A stretch of 64,000 nucleotides of DNA from Gemmatimonas sp. (lineage in GTDB: Bacteria; Gemmatimonadota; Gemmatimonadetes; Gemmatimonadales; Gemmatimonadaceae), in contig OZ257156.1 of NCBI GenBank assembly GCA_965279375.1, positions 3,360,001 to 3,424,000 on the forward strand. Direction: 5' to 3'. Shown in pieces: positions 1 to 11,259 of the stretch (position 1 is the stretch's first letter; every line of letters begins with the position of its first letter). Under the pieces are notes generated by a model, which did no database searches, had not been told where the DNA came from, and was given only the letters and a program-made list of their open reading frames with translations. Both the position numbers and the translations under genes were made by a program.

Positions 1-1
1 T

Positions 2-454
2 CAGGGGCGACTGGGCATCGCCGCGCAAGCCATTGGCATCGCACGCGCGGCACTCGAAGCGGCGGCCAAGTACGCGGTTGAACGCAAGCAGTTCGGCAAG
101 CCGATCGCCGAATTCCAGGCCATCCAGTTCAAGCTCGCCGATATGGCGACACAGATCACCGCGGCACGCACGCTGCTTCATGCGGCGGCCTCGGCGAAGG
201 AGCGTGGTGAACAGATCACCCGCTTCAGCTCCATGGCGAAACTCGTCGCCTCAGAAACCGCCATGTCCGTGACCACGCAGGCCGTCCAGATCCTCGGCGG
301 CTACGGCTACGTCACCGACTATCCCGTCGAACGCTTCTTTCGTGACGCCAAGGTCACCGAAATCTACGAGGGTACCTCGGAGATTCAGCGCATGGTGATT
401 GCGCGTGAAGTCTTGGCAGCCATCGCGGCTGACGACGGGAATCTTCCGGACTAA
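2..454 (+). CDS. Acyl-CoA dehydrogenase, C-terminal part (5' truncated by window edge)
   Basis: Frame open from window start; '[19 protein letters not shown]', '[32 protein letters not shown]' ACAD signature. Confidence 0.95.
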   Translation, partial: QGRLGIAAQAIGIARAALEAAAKYAVERKQFGKPIAEFQAIQFKLADMATQITAARTLLHAAASAKERGEQITRFSSMAKLVASETAMSVTTQAVQILGGYGYVTDYPVERFFRDAKVTEIYEGTSEIQRMVIAREVLAAIAADDGNLPD

Positions 455-461
455 CGCACCA

Positions 462-1538
462 ATGCAATTCTTCGATACACTCGCTGACATGGGCCATGAG
501 CAGGTCGTCATGTGCCACGACAAGGCGTCAGGCTATCGCGGCGTGATCGCGATTCACGATACGACACTCGGTCCCGCGCTCGGCGGCTGCCGCTTCTGGA
601 ACTACGCGACCGACGAAGAGGCGATCATCGACGCCCTGCGCCTGTCGCGCGGCATGACCTACAAGAACGCAGTCGCCGGACTCAATCTGGGCGGCGGCAA
701 GTCGGTCATCATCGGCGACAACAAGACCGCCAGCCGCGAGATGATCTTCCGCGCGCACGGGCGTTTTGTGGACTCGCTCGGTGGCCGCTACGTGACCGCG
801 GAAGACGTGGGCACGACCGTGGAAGACATGGACTTCGTGCACATGGAGACGAAGTACGTGACCGGCATCGGCTCCAAGTCCGGTGATCCGTCCTCCGTCA
901 CGGCGCACGGTGTCTTTCGTGCCATCGAGGCGTCGGCCAACAGCCGCTGGGGCAGCGATTCGCTGGAAGGGCGCACCGTCGCCATTCAGGGACTCGGCCA
1001 TGTCGGCTTCCATCTCGCGATGGAACTCCACAAGGCGGGCGCCAAGTTGATCGTCACTGATATCGATACCACGCGCATTGCGCGCGTCGTTGAAGCGACC
1101 GGTGCCAAGGCCGTCAGCCTCGCGGAGATCTACGGCGTGAAGGCGGACATTTTCACGCCGTGCGCACTGGGCGGCATCATCAACGACGACACCATTCCGC
1201 AGCTTCAGGTGGAAATCGTCGCGGGTGCGGCCAACAACCAGCTGCTCGAGCCGCGTCATGGCGACGAGCTGCAGACCCGCGGCATTCTGTACGCGCCGGA
1301 CTACGTCGCCAACGCTGGCGGCGTCATCAATGTGTACAGCGAACTCACCGGCTGGAGCCGCGAGCGCTCCCTGCGCAAGGCCGATGAGATCTACCACACG
1401 GTCTTGAGCGTCTTCCGGCTGGCCAGCGACACGGGAATCCCCACCTACAAAGCTGCGGACCGTGTCGCCGAGCAGCGAATTCACGCCGTCCGTGGCATGA
1501 TTCAGACTTGGCCCCAGTTCCCAAACCGCGAGACCTGA
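462..1538 (+). CDS. Glu/Leu/Phe/Val dehydrogenase (leucine/valine dehydrogenase-like)
   Basis: 'GPALGGCR', 'LGGGKSVI', 'TAEDVGT', 'QGLGHVG', 'GAANNQL', 'PDYVANAGG'; ATG at 462. Confidence 0.95.
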   Translation: MQFFDTLADMGHEQVVMCHDKASGYRGVIAIHDTTLGPALGGCRFWNYATDEEAIIDALRLSRGMTYKNAVAGLNLGGGKSVIIGDNKTASREMIFRAHGRFVDSLGGRYVTAEDVGTTVEDMDFVHMETKYVTGIGSKSGDPSSVTAHGVFRAIEASANSRWGSDSLEGRTVAIQGLGHVGFHLAMELHKAGAKLIVTDIDTTRIARVVEATGAKAVSLAEIYGVKADIFTPCALGGIINDDTIPQLQVEIVAGAANNQLLEPRHGDELQTRGILYAPDYVANAGGVINVYSELTGWSRERSLRKADEIYHTVLSVFRLASDTGIPTYKAADRVAEQRIHAVRGMIQTWPQFPNRET

Positions 1539-1540
1539 CC

Positions 1541-2023
1541 ATGGTGAACGTCGCACACCCCGGCGAGCGCATCCCGATCGCCTCCGATCATGCCGGCTTC
1601 GAACTCAAGGAGCGACTGCGCGTGTCGCTCGCGGAGATGGGTTTCTCCGTCGAAGACATCGGGACGCACAGCACTGCCAGCACCGACTACGCGGACTACG
1701 CGCATCCGTTGGCGCAGGAGGTCTCCGAGGGTGTTTCCGAGCGTGGCATCCTGATGTGCGGGACGGGTCTGGGCATGTCATATGTCGCGAACCGCTATCC
1801 GGGCGTGCGCGCGGCCGTCGCGTGGACGCCGGAAATCGCAGCGCTGGCGCGTAAGCACAACGATGCGAACATTTTGGTGCTCCCCGCGCGTTTCGTTTCT
1901 GACGAAGACGCGCTGGAGATTCTGCGCGCGTGGTTGAACACCGAATTCGAAGGCGGGCGCCACACGCGCCGCGTCGAGAAGATTGAACGAGATGGCGCCG
2001 AGGGCGCCGGGAGCGACGCGTGA
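1541..2023 (+). CDS. rpiB: Ribose-5-phosphate isomerase B
   Basis: '[10 protein letters not shown]', 'CGTGLGMS', 'HNDANIL', '[10 protein letters not shown]'. Confidence 0.95.
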   Translation: MVNVAHPGERIPIASDHAGFELKERLRVSLAEMGFSVEDIGTHSTASTDYADYAHPLAQEVSEGVSERGILMCGTGLGMSYVANRYPGVRAAVAWTPEIAALARKHNDANILVLPARFVSDEDALEILRAWLNTEFEGGRHTRRVEKIERDGAEGAGSDA

Positions 2024-3330
2024 GCGACGGAACGACGACGGCGGCCAGCACGGCCTGGCATCTCTGGGATCGCTGCCCACCGGGCGAAGCACTGTTGCGC
2101 GCCGATCCGGCCATCGCGCATCTGATCGAAGAGGAAACGCAGCGCCAGAACGAAGGGATCGAGCTCATCGCGAGTGAGAACTTCGTCTCGCCCGCCGTCA
2201 TGGAGGCGATGGGCTCGCCGCTCACCAACAAGTACGCCGAAGGCCTGCCCGGCAAGCGCTACTACGGTGGCTGTGAAGTGGTGGACAAGGTCGAGCAGTT
2301 GGCGATCGATCGCGTCAAGCAGCTGTTCGGCGCCGACCACGCCAACGTGCAGGCGCACAGCGGTGCGTCGGCGAATGCAGCCGTCTTCCTCGCGTTCCTC
2401 AAGCCGGGCGACACGTTCGTCGGCATGGACCTCTCGCAGGGCGGACATCTCACGCACGGTTCGCCGGTCAACTTCTCCGGGTTGCTGTACCACGCGGTGT
2501 CGTACGGCGTGACCGAAGACGGCATCATCGACTACGAGCAGATGCGGGCGCAGGCTCGTGCGCATCGCCCGAAGATGATCATCGCTGGCTACAGCGCGTA
2601 CTCACGGACCATCGACTGGCAGGCCTTTGCCGACGTGGCCAAGGAAGTCGGCGCGCTGTTCATGGTGGACATGGCGCACTTCGCTGGACTCGCCGCGACG
2701 GGCGTGTACCCATCCCCGGTTCCGTTCGCGGATGTCGTCACCAGCACCACGCACAAGACGCTGCGTGGTCCACGCGGCGGCATCATTCTCTGCAAGGCCG
2801 AGCACGCGAAGGCGATCGACAAGGCGACGTTCCCTGGAATGCAGGGAGGACCGCTCGAGCATGTGATCGCGGCCAAGGCGGTCGCATTTCACGAGGCGCT
2901 GCAGCCGTCGTTCACGCAGTACTGTCAGCAGGTGGTGAAGAACGCGCAGACGCTGGCCGCCGCGCTCGTGTCACGCGACTACCAGATCGTCTCCGGTGGT
3001 ACCGACAACCACCTGATGCTCGTCGATTTGCGCAACAAGGGGCTGACGGGCAAGGTCGCGGAGAAGGTGCTCGACCAGGCCGGCATTACGGTCAACAAGA
3101 ACACCGTGCCCAAGGAGACGCAGTCGCCGTTCATCACGAGCGGCATTCGCATCGGCACGCCGGCCGTGACCACGCGCGGCATGGGCGCGGACGCGATGCT
3201 TCAGATCGCGTCGCTGATCGATCGTGTGCTGCTCGCGCCGGAAGATCCCGCGGTGATCGCGGCGGTTCGCGCTGACGTGAAAGCACTCGCAGATTCGTAC
3301 CCGTTGTACGGAGCAGGCGCTCGCGTCTGA
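2020..3330 (+). CDS. glyA: Serine hydroxymethyltransferase
   Basis: 'ELIASENF', '[16 protein letters not shown]', '[12 protein letters not shown]' PLP-lysine motif; GTGA overlap with rpiB. Confidence 0.97.
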   Translation: MSDGTTTAASTAWHLWDRCPPGEALLRADPAIAHLIEEETQRQNEGIELIASENFVSPAVMEAMGSPLTNKYAEGLPGKRYYGGCEVVDKVEQLAIDRVKQLFGADHANVQAHSGASANAAVFLAFLKPGDTFVGMDLSQGGHLTHGSPVNFSGLLYHAVSYGVTEDGIIDYEQMRAQARAHRPKMIIAGYSAYSRTIDWQAFADVAKEVGALFMVDMAHFAGLAATGVYPSPVPFADVVTSTTHKTLRGPRGGIILCKAEHAKAIDKATFPGMQGGPLEHVIAAKAVAFHEALQPSFTQYCQQVVKNAQTLAAALVSRDYQIVSGGTDNHLMLVDLRNKGLTGKVAEKVLDQAGITVNKNTVPKETQSPFITSGIRIGTPAVTTRGMGADAMLQIASLIDRVLLAPEDPAVIAAVRADVKALADSYPLYGAGARV

Positions 3331-3568
3331 GCGCGCGCGATATGGGTGGTGGCACACGGATGCGTGCCACCGCCCGGTGCGGATTGGGAGTGTGAGCCAC
3401 AGCGCGCGCAAGGCATTGTGGCGCCGTTGGCGGGCCTGCATCATTTAATCCGTTCCGAGTTGTTGGGAGCAGGCGTTGCGGCGCGACTCGCCTGCGCGTC
3501 TACTCCGGTGCCACCAACGCAGTCGCGGCGTGCACCGCTGCGCTGCTCACGTACGAGGGAGTTGGGCC

Positions 3569-3952
3569 GTGTCCGAGTTGGCGTTCCGCGACGGCATCAT
3601 GGAGCAGATTCGACTGCGCGAACCGCGGTTCGAGGAGCGCGCCTATCTGTTTGTGCTCGCCGCGCTCGAGCACTGCCAGAAGAATCTGCTGGAACGTCGC
3701 CACATCACCGGGCCGGAGTTGGCGCATGCGTGCCGAGAACTGGCGCTGCAGCGTTTTGGCGTGACCGCTCGTCTCGTGCTCGAGCACTGGGGCCTCCGCG
3801 GAACGCGTGACATCGGCGACATCGTGTTCACGCTGGTGGATATGGGATTGCTCGTCAGCCAGCCGCAGGATTCGCGCGACGACTTCCTCGGTGTTTTCGA
3901 ATTCGAAGACGCCTTCGAGCGCGAGTATCCCTGGAGCACCGCGCACGTCTGA
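3569..3952 (+). CDS. Conserved hypothetical protein (Minf_1886-like family)
   Basis: GTG at 3569 after GAGGGAG; 'RFEERAYLFVLAAL', 'HITGPEL', 'VLEHWGLRGTRDIGDIVFTLVD' match my recollection of this family. Confidence 0.75.
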   Translation: MSELAFRDGIMEQIRLREPRFEERAYLFVLAALEHCQKNLLERRHITGPELAHACRELALQRFGVTARLVLEHWGLRGTRDIGDIVFTLVDMGLLVSQPQDSRDDFLGVFEFEDAFEREYPWSTAHV

Positions 3953-3956
3953 TTCC

Positions 3957-5594
3957 GTGCGGCGATCCCGAGCGCGGATAGCCACAGCGGCAGAAGCTAC
4001 GGCGCGCGATCACGCCGCCATCGCAGACGGCACCCCCTCGTTCACGCTGATGTTGCAGGCCGCCACACAGGCGGCGTCTGTCATTCTGCGCGAGTTCCCG
4101 CACCGCCTCGCGTATGGCGTTGCCGTGCACGCGGGCAGCGGCAACAATGGTGGCGATGCCTACATCGTTGCGGCACAGCTCGCACGGGCGGGCATCGCCG
4201 TTCGCCTGCATGCCGTTGATTCGCCGCGCACGGCGGACGCGCAACGAGCTGCAGCACTCGCTGCGCCCAGACTTGTGCACGGTGCGCCAACCGGTCGCGA
4301 GCTGCTGGTTGTCGACGGAATTCTCGGCACCGGTCATCGCGGTGCCCTGCGCGATGGCGTGAGCCGTGCCTGTGCGCAACTGCGCGACGCTCGCGACCGC
4401 GGGGCGACCATCGTCGCGCTCGATCTGCCATCGGGACTCGATGCCACCACCGGCGACATCGCGGATGGCAGTACGCCCGCGGATCTGACCATCTCATTCG
4501 GGACGTTCAAACGCGGTACCCTCGTCGCGCGCTCGCACTGCGGACGGATCGTGCTGGTGGATATCGGCCTCGATGTGCATGCGCAGCGAGCGGACGACGC
4601 GTGGTTGCTCGCCGACGCGCCCACGCTGGCGCAGCTGCTGCCCCGCACCGCGTGGAACGCACACAAGGGCACCCGTGGTCAGCTCGCGCTGGTGGGCGGG
4701 GCCCACGGCATGGTCGGCGCGATTGTGCTCGCGAGCCGCGCCGCACTTGGCGCGGGCGTAGGACTCGTGCGCAGTTGGGTACACGCGGATGGTATCGCCG
4801 CGTTGCAGACAAACGTGCCGCAGGCGATTGCGCGTACATGGCCCGCCGTGTCGTCGGCACCGCACGCCGATGGCGCCCAGACGTCGAGCGCGTGGGGCAC
4901 GGCATTGGCGATCGGTCCGGGACTCGGTCGCGACGACGCGGCGTGGTCGCTGTTGATCACGGCACTGCGCGAGAACGCCGGCCTGCCCGTGCTGCTCGAC
5001 GCGGACGCGCTCACACTGGTTTCGATGCGCGCGAATGGCGACGCAGCGGAGCTGTTGCGCGACGTCACTGGCGGTGCTTCGAGCGTGGTCTGCACGCCGC
5101 ATCCACGCGAGTTCGCTCGCCTGTTGGGCATCACTGCACGTGCGTCCTCAGGTGATGCGAAGGGCAACGAGTCCACGCTACCTGCGTCGCTCGACGAACG
5201 CGCGGTGCGGTTGCGCGAGTTTGCACAGCGGGCAAAGGCCACCGTGTTGCTCAAGGGGACGCCGACGCTGATCGCCACACCGGACGCGATGCCGCTGCGC
5301 GTGGTGGCGCGTGGTACGGCGCTGCTCGCCACCGGTGGCAGCGGCGACGTGCTTACCGGTCTCATCGGCGCGTTGCTGGCACAAGGCATCCCCGCCGCAG
5401 ACGCTGCACTGCTCGGCGCCACCGCACACGGCATCGCCGCTGAATGTGCTGCTTCGGCTGCTCAAGGAATCCGCGGACTCACGCTGGACGATCTGTTGCG
5501 CGCACTGCCCGATGCGTGGCGCGCCATCTCCGCGCCGGCGCCCATGCCGCCACACGTGATCGCGGAGTTACCCGCGCCGGACGACCGGTGGTAG
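3957..5594 (+). CDS. nnr: Bifunctional NAD(P)H-hydrate epimerase/dehydratase
   Basis: 'GSGNNGGDA', 'DLPSGLD', 'HKGTRG', 'IGPGLG', 'LLDADAL', 'TPHPREF', 'ATGGSGDVLTG'; start uncertain. Confidence 0.92.
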   Translation: MRRSRARIATAAEATARDHAAIADGTPSFTLMLQAATQAASVILREFPHRLAYGVAVHAGSGNNGGDAYIVAAQLARAGIAVRLHAVDSPRTADAQRAAALAAPRLVHGAPTGRELLVVDGILGTGHRGALRDGVSRACAQLRDARDRGATIVALDLPSGLDATTGDIADGSTPADLTISFGTFKRGTLVARSHCGRIVLVDIGLDVHAQRADDAWLLADAPTLAQLLPRTAWNAHKGTRGQLALVGGAHGMVGAIVLASRAALGAGVGLVRSWVHADGIAALQTNVPQAIARTWPAVSSAPHADGAQTSSAWGTALAIGPGLGRDDAAWSLLITALRENAGLPVLLDADALTLVSMRANGDAAELLRDVTGGASSVVCTPHPREFARLLGITARASSGDAKGNESTLPASLDERAVRLREFAQRAKATVLLKGTPTLIATPDAMPLRVVARGTALLATGGSGDVLTGLIGALLAQGIPAADAALLGATAHGIAAECAASAAQGIRGLTLDDLLRALPDAWRAISAPAPMPPHVIAELPAPDDRW

Positions 5595-7288
5595 CACGCG
5601 ACGCGCGCACCGTGTTGGCGCTGCGCGTTCGACGCATGGCCGCTGTCGGCGTGGCATGCCTGTCCTTCGTGCACTGCGCATCGAGCGGCAGCAGCAGCGG
5701 CGATCCGCGCGACCTTTCTTCGGCTGGGAGTCGCGCCGACGATTTTCAGTTCATCGGCAGCTTTGCCGACGTGCGCGCTGTTGCGGTGTCACGTCGCTAC
5801 GTCTTCTCCGCGACCCCGAGCGGCATCGGCATTTACGATCGCCTGTTCAATGCGTGGCAAACGCCGCTCTCTCGCGACAACGGTTTCGTGGGCGATCAGA
5901 TCACGGCGTTCGCGGCCGACCCTGCAGAGGATGCGATCTGGTTTGGTGTGCCCGGCGCGTTGATGTCCTATCGCCCGCAAGTGGAGCAATTGCAGCGCAC
6001 GCTGATCGTCGGGGTGCCAGACATCATTGCGTTCGAGCGCGCGCCGACGGGTGATGTGCTCGTACGCGCATCGGGGAGTTGGACGCGCGTGTCGCGCAGC
6101 GGACTCGCCTCGCCCATGATCGGCGTGCCGAGTGCATCGGCGATCGTGTTGCCACGGACACTCAGCGATGTGTACGCGCAGTTTCCACAGTTGCGTTCGC
6201 AGCAGTCGATGCTCTTTCGTGCGCAGCGTGCCGACCGAGGGCTGCGAACCTATCCCGTGCTGAGCGGCGCGACGACGCCGGAGCGCGTGAGCGAGGTGTG
6301 GCTGGGCACCGCGGGAGATGGGTTGTACAAAGTGGATCCGACATTCCAGCAAGCCACGCCGCTGCGTTTCGGCCCGCTGGAGTCTGCGGTTGGCGCGCTG
6401 GCGTTGGCAGCCGACGGCGTCTGGATGGCGGGGCGCGGCACCAGTGTCACGCGCGCGGGCATCAGCTACGCCAGCAACGACCTGCAGCGCTGGCGCTGGA
6501 TCGATGGCACCATCGCCACGCCCATGCTCGGAGTGCGCGCGCAGGTGATGGCGGTGCGGGGACCGCGCGCGTGGATAGGCACAGATCGCGGCCTCGTGCG
6601 CGTGCAGCTCGATGCCGCCGAATCCACTCGCGCATGGAGTACACTCGACGGCCTGCCGGATGATCGTGTGTACGCGATCGCGGCGACCGATTCGGGTGCG
6701 TGGGCGGGGACCGCCCGCGGTCTCGTGTGGATCAGCGACAGTGCGAGCACGCGTACGCTCGGCGTGAGCAATGCGCTGCTGGCGGGAACCGCGGTGTACG
6801 CGCTGCAGCTCATCGGCGACACGCGCTGGATGGGCACGAGTGCCGGCCTGGTGAGCATGCCGGCGTCTGCGGCCACCTCGCGAGGGTCCGTCGCTACGCT
6901 CGCGCGACCGGCGGGCACCGATCCCGCGCTGCGGCGCCCAGTCACTGCGCTCGCGTGGAGCGACAGCGTGCTGCTGGCCGCCACCGACGACGGTGTCCTG
7001 CAGCTCGCGCTTCGTGGCTCGGCGCCGGTCGATCGCATTGCCGCGTTCGAGGGGCGACCAGTCGGGGCGGTCTCGCGCCTGCAGATGGACGACCGCACGA
7101 TCTGGCTGGTGGGCAGCGAAGGCGTGCGCATGCTATCGCGGCGGAGTGGCGGTGTACAGCAGCTTCGAGTGCCGGCGGACCTGCCCGCGGCCGTCACCGA
7201 TCTCGTGGCCAGCCGCGAGTGGATCTGGATTGGGACCACCGCAGGCATTGTGCGACTGCGACGCACTGGTGATGGTGGAGTACGATGA
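5588..7288 (+). CDS. Secreted/lipoprotein beta-propeller protein (two-component-regulator propeller-like repeats)
   Basis: Repeated 'W-x-G-T-x-x-G-L' units ('WLGTAGDGL', 'WIGTDRGL', 'WAGTARGL', 'WMGTSAGL', 'WIGTTAGI'), 'DGLPDDRV'; N-terminal hydrophobic stretch ending in Cys. Confidence 0.75.
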   Translation: MVARDARTVLALRVRRMAAVGVACLSFVHCASSGSSSGDPRDLSSAGSRADDFQFIGSFADVRAVAVSRRYVFSATPSGIGIYDRLFNAWQTPLSRDNGFVGDQITAFAADPAEDAIWFGVPGALMSYRPQVEQLQRTLIVGVPDIIAFERAPTGDVLVRASGSWTRVSRSGLASPMIGVPSASAIVLPRTLSDVYAQFPQLRSQQSMLFRAQRADRGLRTYPVLSGATTPERVSEVWLGTAGDGLYKVDPTFQQATPLRFGPLESAVGALALAADGVWMAGRGTSVTRAGISYASNDLQRWRWIDGTIATPMLGVRAQVMAVRGPRAWIGTDRGLVRVQLDAAESTRAWSTLDGLPDDRVYAIAATDSGAWAGTARGLVWISDSASTRTLGVSNALLAGTAVYALQLIGDTRWMGTSAGLVSMPASAATSRGSVATLARPAGTDPALRRPVTALAWSDSVLLAATDDGVLQLALRGSAPVDRIAAFEGRPVGAVSRLQMDDRTIWLVGSEGVRMLSRRSGGVQQLRVPADLPAAVTDLVASREWIWIGTTAGIVRLRRTGDGGVR

Positions 7289-7321
7289 CACGCACCCGCT
7301 CCCTGAACCGCGCCCGGCGTC

Positions 7322-8332
7322 ATGAGCGCTGAGCCGTTTCTCGCCCGTCCGCATCAGGCGATGGGCCCCGGTGCTGAATTCGACACAATCCGGCTCCTGA
7401 TGGCCCGCTGGGGCGATCTGGCGGTGGATATCGGGGACGATGCCGCCGTACTTGGTTTGCGCGCCACGCCACCGGCCGGGGAGGGAACGGACGATCGGCG
7501 CCTCGTGGTCTCCACTGATGCCTTCGTCGAGAACGCGCATTTTCGCGCAGGGTGGATCTCGCCGACCGAGATCGGCGCCCGGGCGATCGCGGCAGCGCTG
7601 AGCGACCTGGCGGCCATGGGCGCGCAGGCGGACGCGGTGCTGCTGGCGTTCTCCGTTCCCGACAGCTGGCGCGGGCCGCTGGGGGAGGTCGCCGACGGGG
7701 TCGCTCGCGTGCTTCGACCGACCGGTGCACGAATCGTGGGGGGCAACCTCACGCGCGGGGCGGCGTTCGGGATCACCACCACGGTCATTGGGTCCACCCA
7801 CGCGCCTATTTCGCGAGGTGGCGCCAGACCCGGAGATATCCTGCTGCTCACGGGCACGCTGGGTGGCCCGGGGGCCGCCATCTCCGCGTGGGACGCTGGC
7901 CAGGAGCCGACCGCGTGGGCGCGTAGCCGATTTGCCGGTCCGTTGCCGCGTTTGGCCGAGGGCGCGCACCTGGCGCAGTCGGGAGTCCACGCGATGCTCG
8001 ATATCTCTGACGGGCTGGCGGCGGACGCGCGTCATCTGGCTGCCGCGAGCGGAGTGCGGCTGCGCATCGACGCCGAACGCGTGCCGGTGGGGGAGGGAAT
8101 TCGGCCGGTGGCTGCGCTCGCCAGTGGCGAGGAGTACGAGCTCCTCGCGGCGGCCTCGCCGGAGGTCGCGCGCCGGCTACTTGCCTCGTGGAGTCAATGG
8201 ACAGACGTGCCGCTGACACCGATCGGAGAGGTGCTGGAGGCTGATGTAACAGGTCCGGTCGATATCGCCGGGCTTGCCGCACGCGATCGTATCGTTGAAT
8301 TCGTTCACGGGCACGATCACTTTTCGAGTTAA
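7322..8332 (+). CDS. thiL: Thiamine-monophosphate kinase
   Basis: 'IGDDAA', 'LSDLAAMGA', 'LDISDGL', 'SGEEYELL'. Confidence 0.93.
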   Translation: MSAEPFLARPHQAMGPGAEFDTIRLLMARWGDLAVDIGDDAAVLGLRATPPAGEGTDDRRLVVSTDAFVENAHFRAGWISPTEIGARAIAAALSDLAAMGAQADAVLLAFSVPDSWRGPLGEVADGVARVLRPTGARIVGGNLTRGAAFGITTTVIGSTHAPISRGGARPGDILLLTGTLGGPGAAISAWDAGQEPTAWARSRFAGPLPRLAEGAHLAQSGVHAMLDISDGLAADARHLAAASGVRLRIDAERVPVGEGIRPVAALASGEEYELLAAASPEVARRLLASWSQWTDVPLTPIGEVLEADVTGPVDIAGLAARDRIVEFVHGHDHFSS

Positions 8333-9111
8333 TGCGCACTGCCATCACGTTCCTCGCCCTGCTCGTCGGCACCTTCATCTTCGGAACGACGGTCATTCTC
8401 GCGCAGCTGCTCGGCGTGCCGCATACGCCGGGTGGGGTGTACGAGCGATGCACGCGCAATTGGGCGGCGTGGCTGCTCAAGGCCGCTGGGGTACGGATCG
8501 TTGTGCACGGCGGCGAGGACATCACGCCCAACACGCCGATGGTGTTCATCGCCAACCATGTCAGTTGGTTCGACATTCCCGCGATGATTCAGGCATTGCC
8601 GCACTACGGTTTCGTCGCCAAGCGCGAGCTCGAGAAGATTCCTCTGTTCGGCGCGGCGGCACGCGCGGTCGGCGTGATTTACATCGATCGCGAGAATCGC
8701 AAGGCGGCATTCGGCGCGTACGAAGACGCCGCCAACAAGATCCGCGAAGGACAGCCGGTGCTGGTCTATCCCGAAGGCACACGCGGCGACGAGTACGCGT
8801 TGCGGCCATTCAAGAAGGGCCCGTTCGTGCTGGCCATCGGCTCGGGCGCGCCCATTGTCCCCGTCGTCATTCATGGCACCATTCAGGTGAACCCACGCGG
8901 CTCGTTCCGCGCGACACCGGGTGAGGTGCATGTACATCTGCTGCCGCCCGTTCCCACCGAGGGAATGGCCTACGACGATCGCAATGTGCTCGCAGATCGC
9001 GTGCGCGATCGGATGGCGGAGCTGTTGTGGCGCGAGTACGGCGTGCAGCCCAAGGTGTTTCGGCGCGGTGCGGCCGAAGTAGTCGAGACGTCTGCCGAGT
9101 TGACGGCCTGA
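8332..9111 (+). CDS. plsC: 1-acyl-sn-glycerol-3-phosphate acyltransferase family
   Basis: 'ANHVSWFD' (HX4D), 'YPEGTR', 'PFKKG'. Confidence 0.88.
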   Translation: MRTAITFLALLVGTFIFGTTVILAQLLGVPHTPGGVYERCTRNWAAWLLKAAGVRIVVHGGEDITPNTPMVFIANHVSWFDIPAMIQALPHYGFVAKRELEKIPLFGAAARAVGVIYIDRENRKAAFGAYEDAANKIREGQPVLVYPEGTRGDEYALRPFKKGPFVLAIGSGAPIVPVVIHGTIQVNPRGSFRATPGEVHVHLLPPVPTEGMAYDDRNVLADRVRDRMAELLWREYGVQPKVFRRGAAEVVETSAELTA

Positions 9112-9127
9112 CGTGTCTGTGGTTTAA

Positions 9128-10450
<1,323 letters not shown>

Positions 10451-10501
10451 TTCACAACGCTAATTCATACCGCCGCGCACGTATCACCCCGTCGATCTCG
10501 C

Positions 10502-10885
10502 ATGCGTCCAGCCAAGCCCGCCGTCGATTCGCCGTTCAGCCGCCTGCTGCGCCGCCTGGCGTGGGTAGGGGGAGTGGTGGCTGTGCTCTGGTTCGCGCTG
10601 CAGGGCGGCGAGTACGACACGCTGCAGTTGCTGCGGAGCCGGACGCGCAAGTTGGAGCGCGAGGCGGAGGTGGCTCGTGCGCGTGCGTCGCTGGATTCGC
10701 TGAAGGAGGAGTACAAGAAGGTCACCACCGATCCCGCGCGCCTCGAGCGTCTGGCGCGCGAAGAGTACGGCATGGTGAAGGGTGACAAGGAACTGTTGTA
10801 CTGGGTGAGCGGTGCGACGTCTGACACGGCGATCGCGCCGAAGGACAGCGAGAAAGTCACCTCGGTAAAGCCTCCGCGGGGTTGA
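10502..10885 (+). CDS. ftsB: Septum formation initiator (FtsB/DivIC family)
   Basis: Single TM helix, coiled coil, 'ERLAREEYGMVKGDKE'; eno-ftsB synteny. Confidence 0.8.
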   Translation: MRPAKPAVDSPFSRLLRRLAWVGGVVAVLWFALQGGEYDTLQLLRSRTRKLEREAEVARARASLDSLKEEYKKVTTDPARLERLAREEYGMVKGDKELLYWVSGATSDTAIAPKDSEKVTSVKPPRG

Positions 10886-10909
10886 CTCCTCATGGCGCTC
10901 GGCTAGTTT
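10882..10909 (+). promoter_or_regulatory. Putative sigma70 promoter of the tRNA genes
   Basis: TTGACT (10882) N16 TAGTTT (10904), 11 nt upstream of tRNA-fMet. Confidence 0.5.
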
Positions 10910-10920
10910 CCTCGAACTGC

Positions 10921-10994
<74 letters not shown>

Positions 10995-11024
10995 TAGTTT
11001 GGGAAGAGGTCATGGGTTACGCAT

Positions 11025-11053
11025 CGGCCGGTCCTTACCAGGGCCGGCCGTTT
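11025..11053 (+). terminator. Terminator-like hairpin between the tRNAs
   Basis: CGGCCGGTCCT-TACC-AGGGCCGGCCG followed by TTT. Confidence 0.5.
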
Positions 11054-11071
11054 GCGTGGTGTGAGCAGTGT

Positions 11072-11145
11072 GGCTGGGTAGCTCAGCTGGTTAGAGCACG
11101 GCACTCATAATGCCGGGGTCGCGGGTTCGAGTCCCGCCCCAGCTA
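11072..11145 (+). tRNA. tRNA-Met (CAT), elongator-type (Ile2 not excluded); CCA not encoded
   Basis: GGCTGGG/CCCAGCT acceptor, D arm GCTC..GAGC, CGGCA-CTCATAA-TGCCG, GCGGG-TTCGAGT-CCCGC. Confidence 0.93.
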
Positions 11146-11188
11146 TTTCATTACGCTTCATAACGCCTTCAGTACGAACGATATAACA

Positions 11189-11217
11189 AACGCCTCACCG
11201 GCCGTCGGTGAGGCGTT
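11189..11217. terminator. Intrinsic terminator between the tRNAs and the convergent TIR gene
   Basis: AACGCCTCACCG-GCCGT-CGGTGAGGCGTT perfect 12-bp stem; T-rich tail on the minus strand. Confidence 0.75.
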
Positions 11218-11259
11218 CGTCGTTGCTGGCGTGTCGATCGCTGAGTCGTCGCGCCGCAG

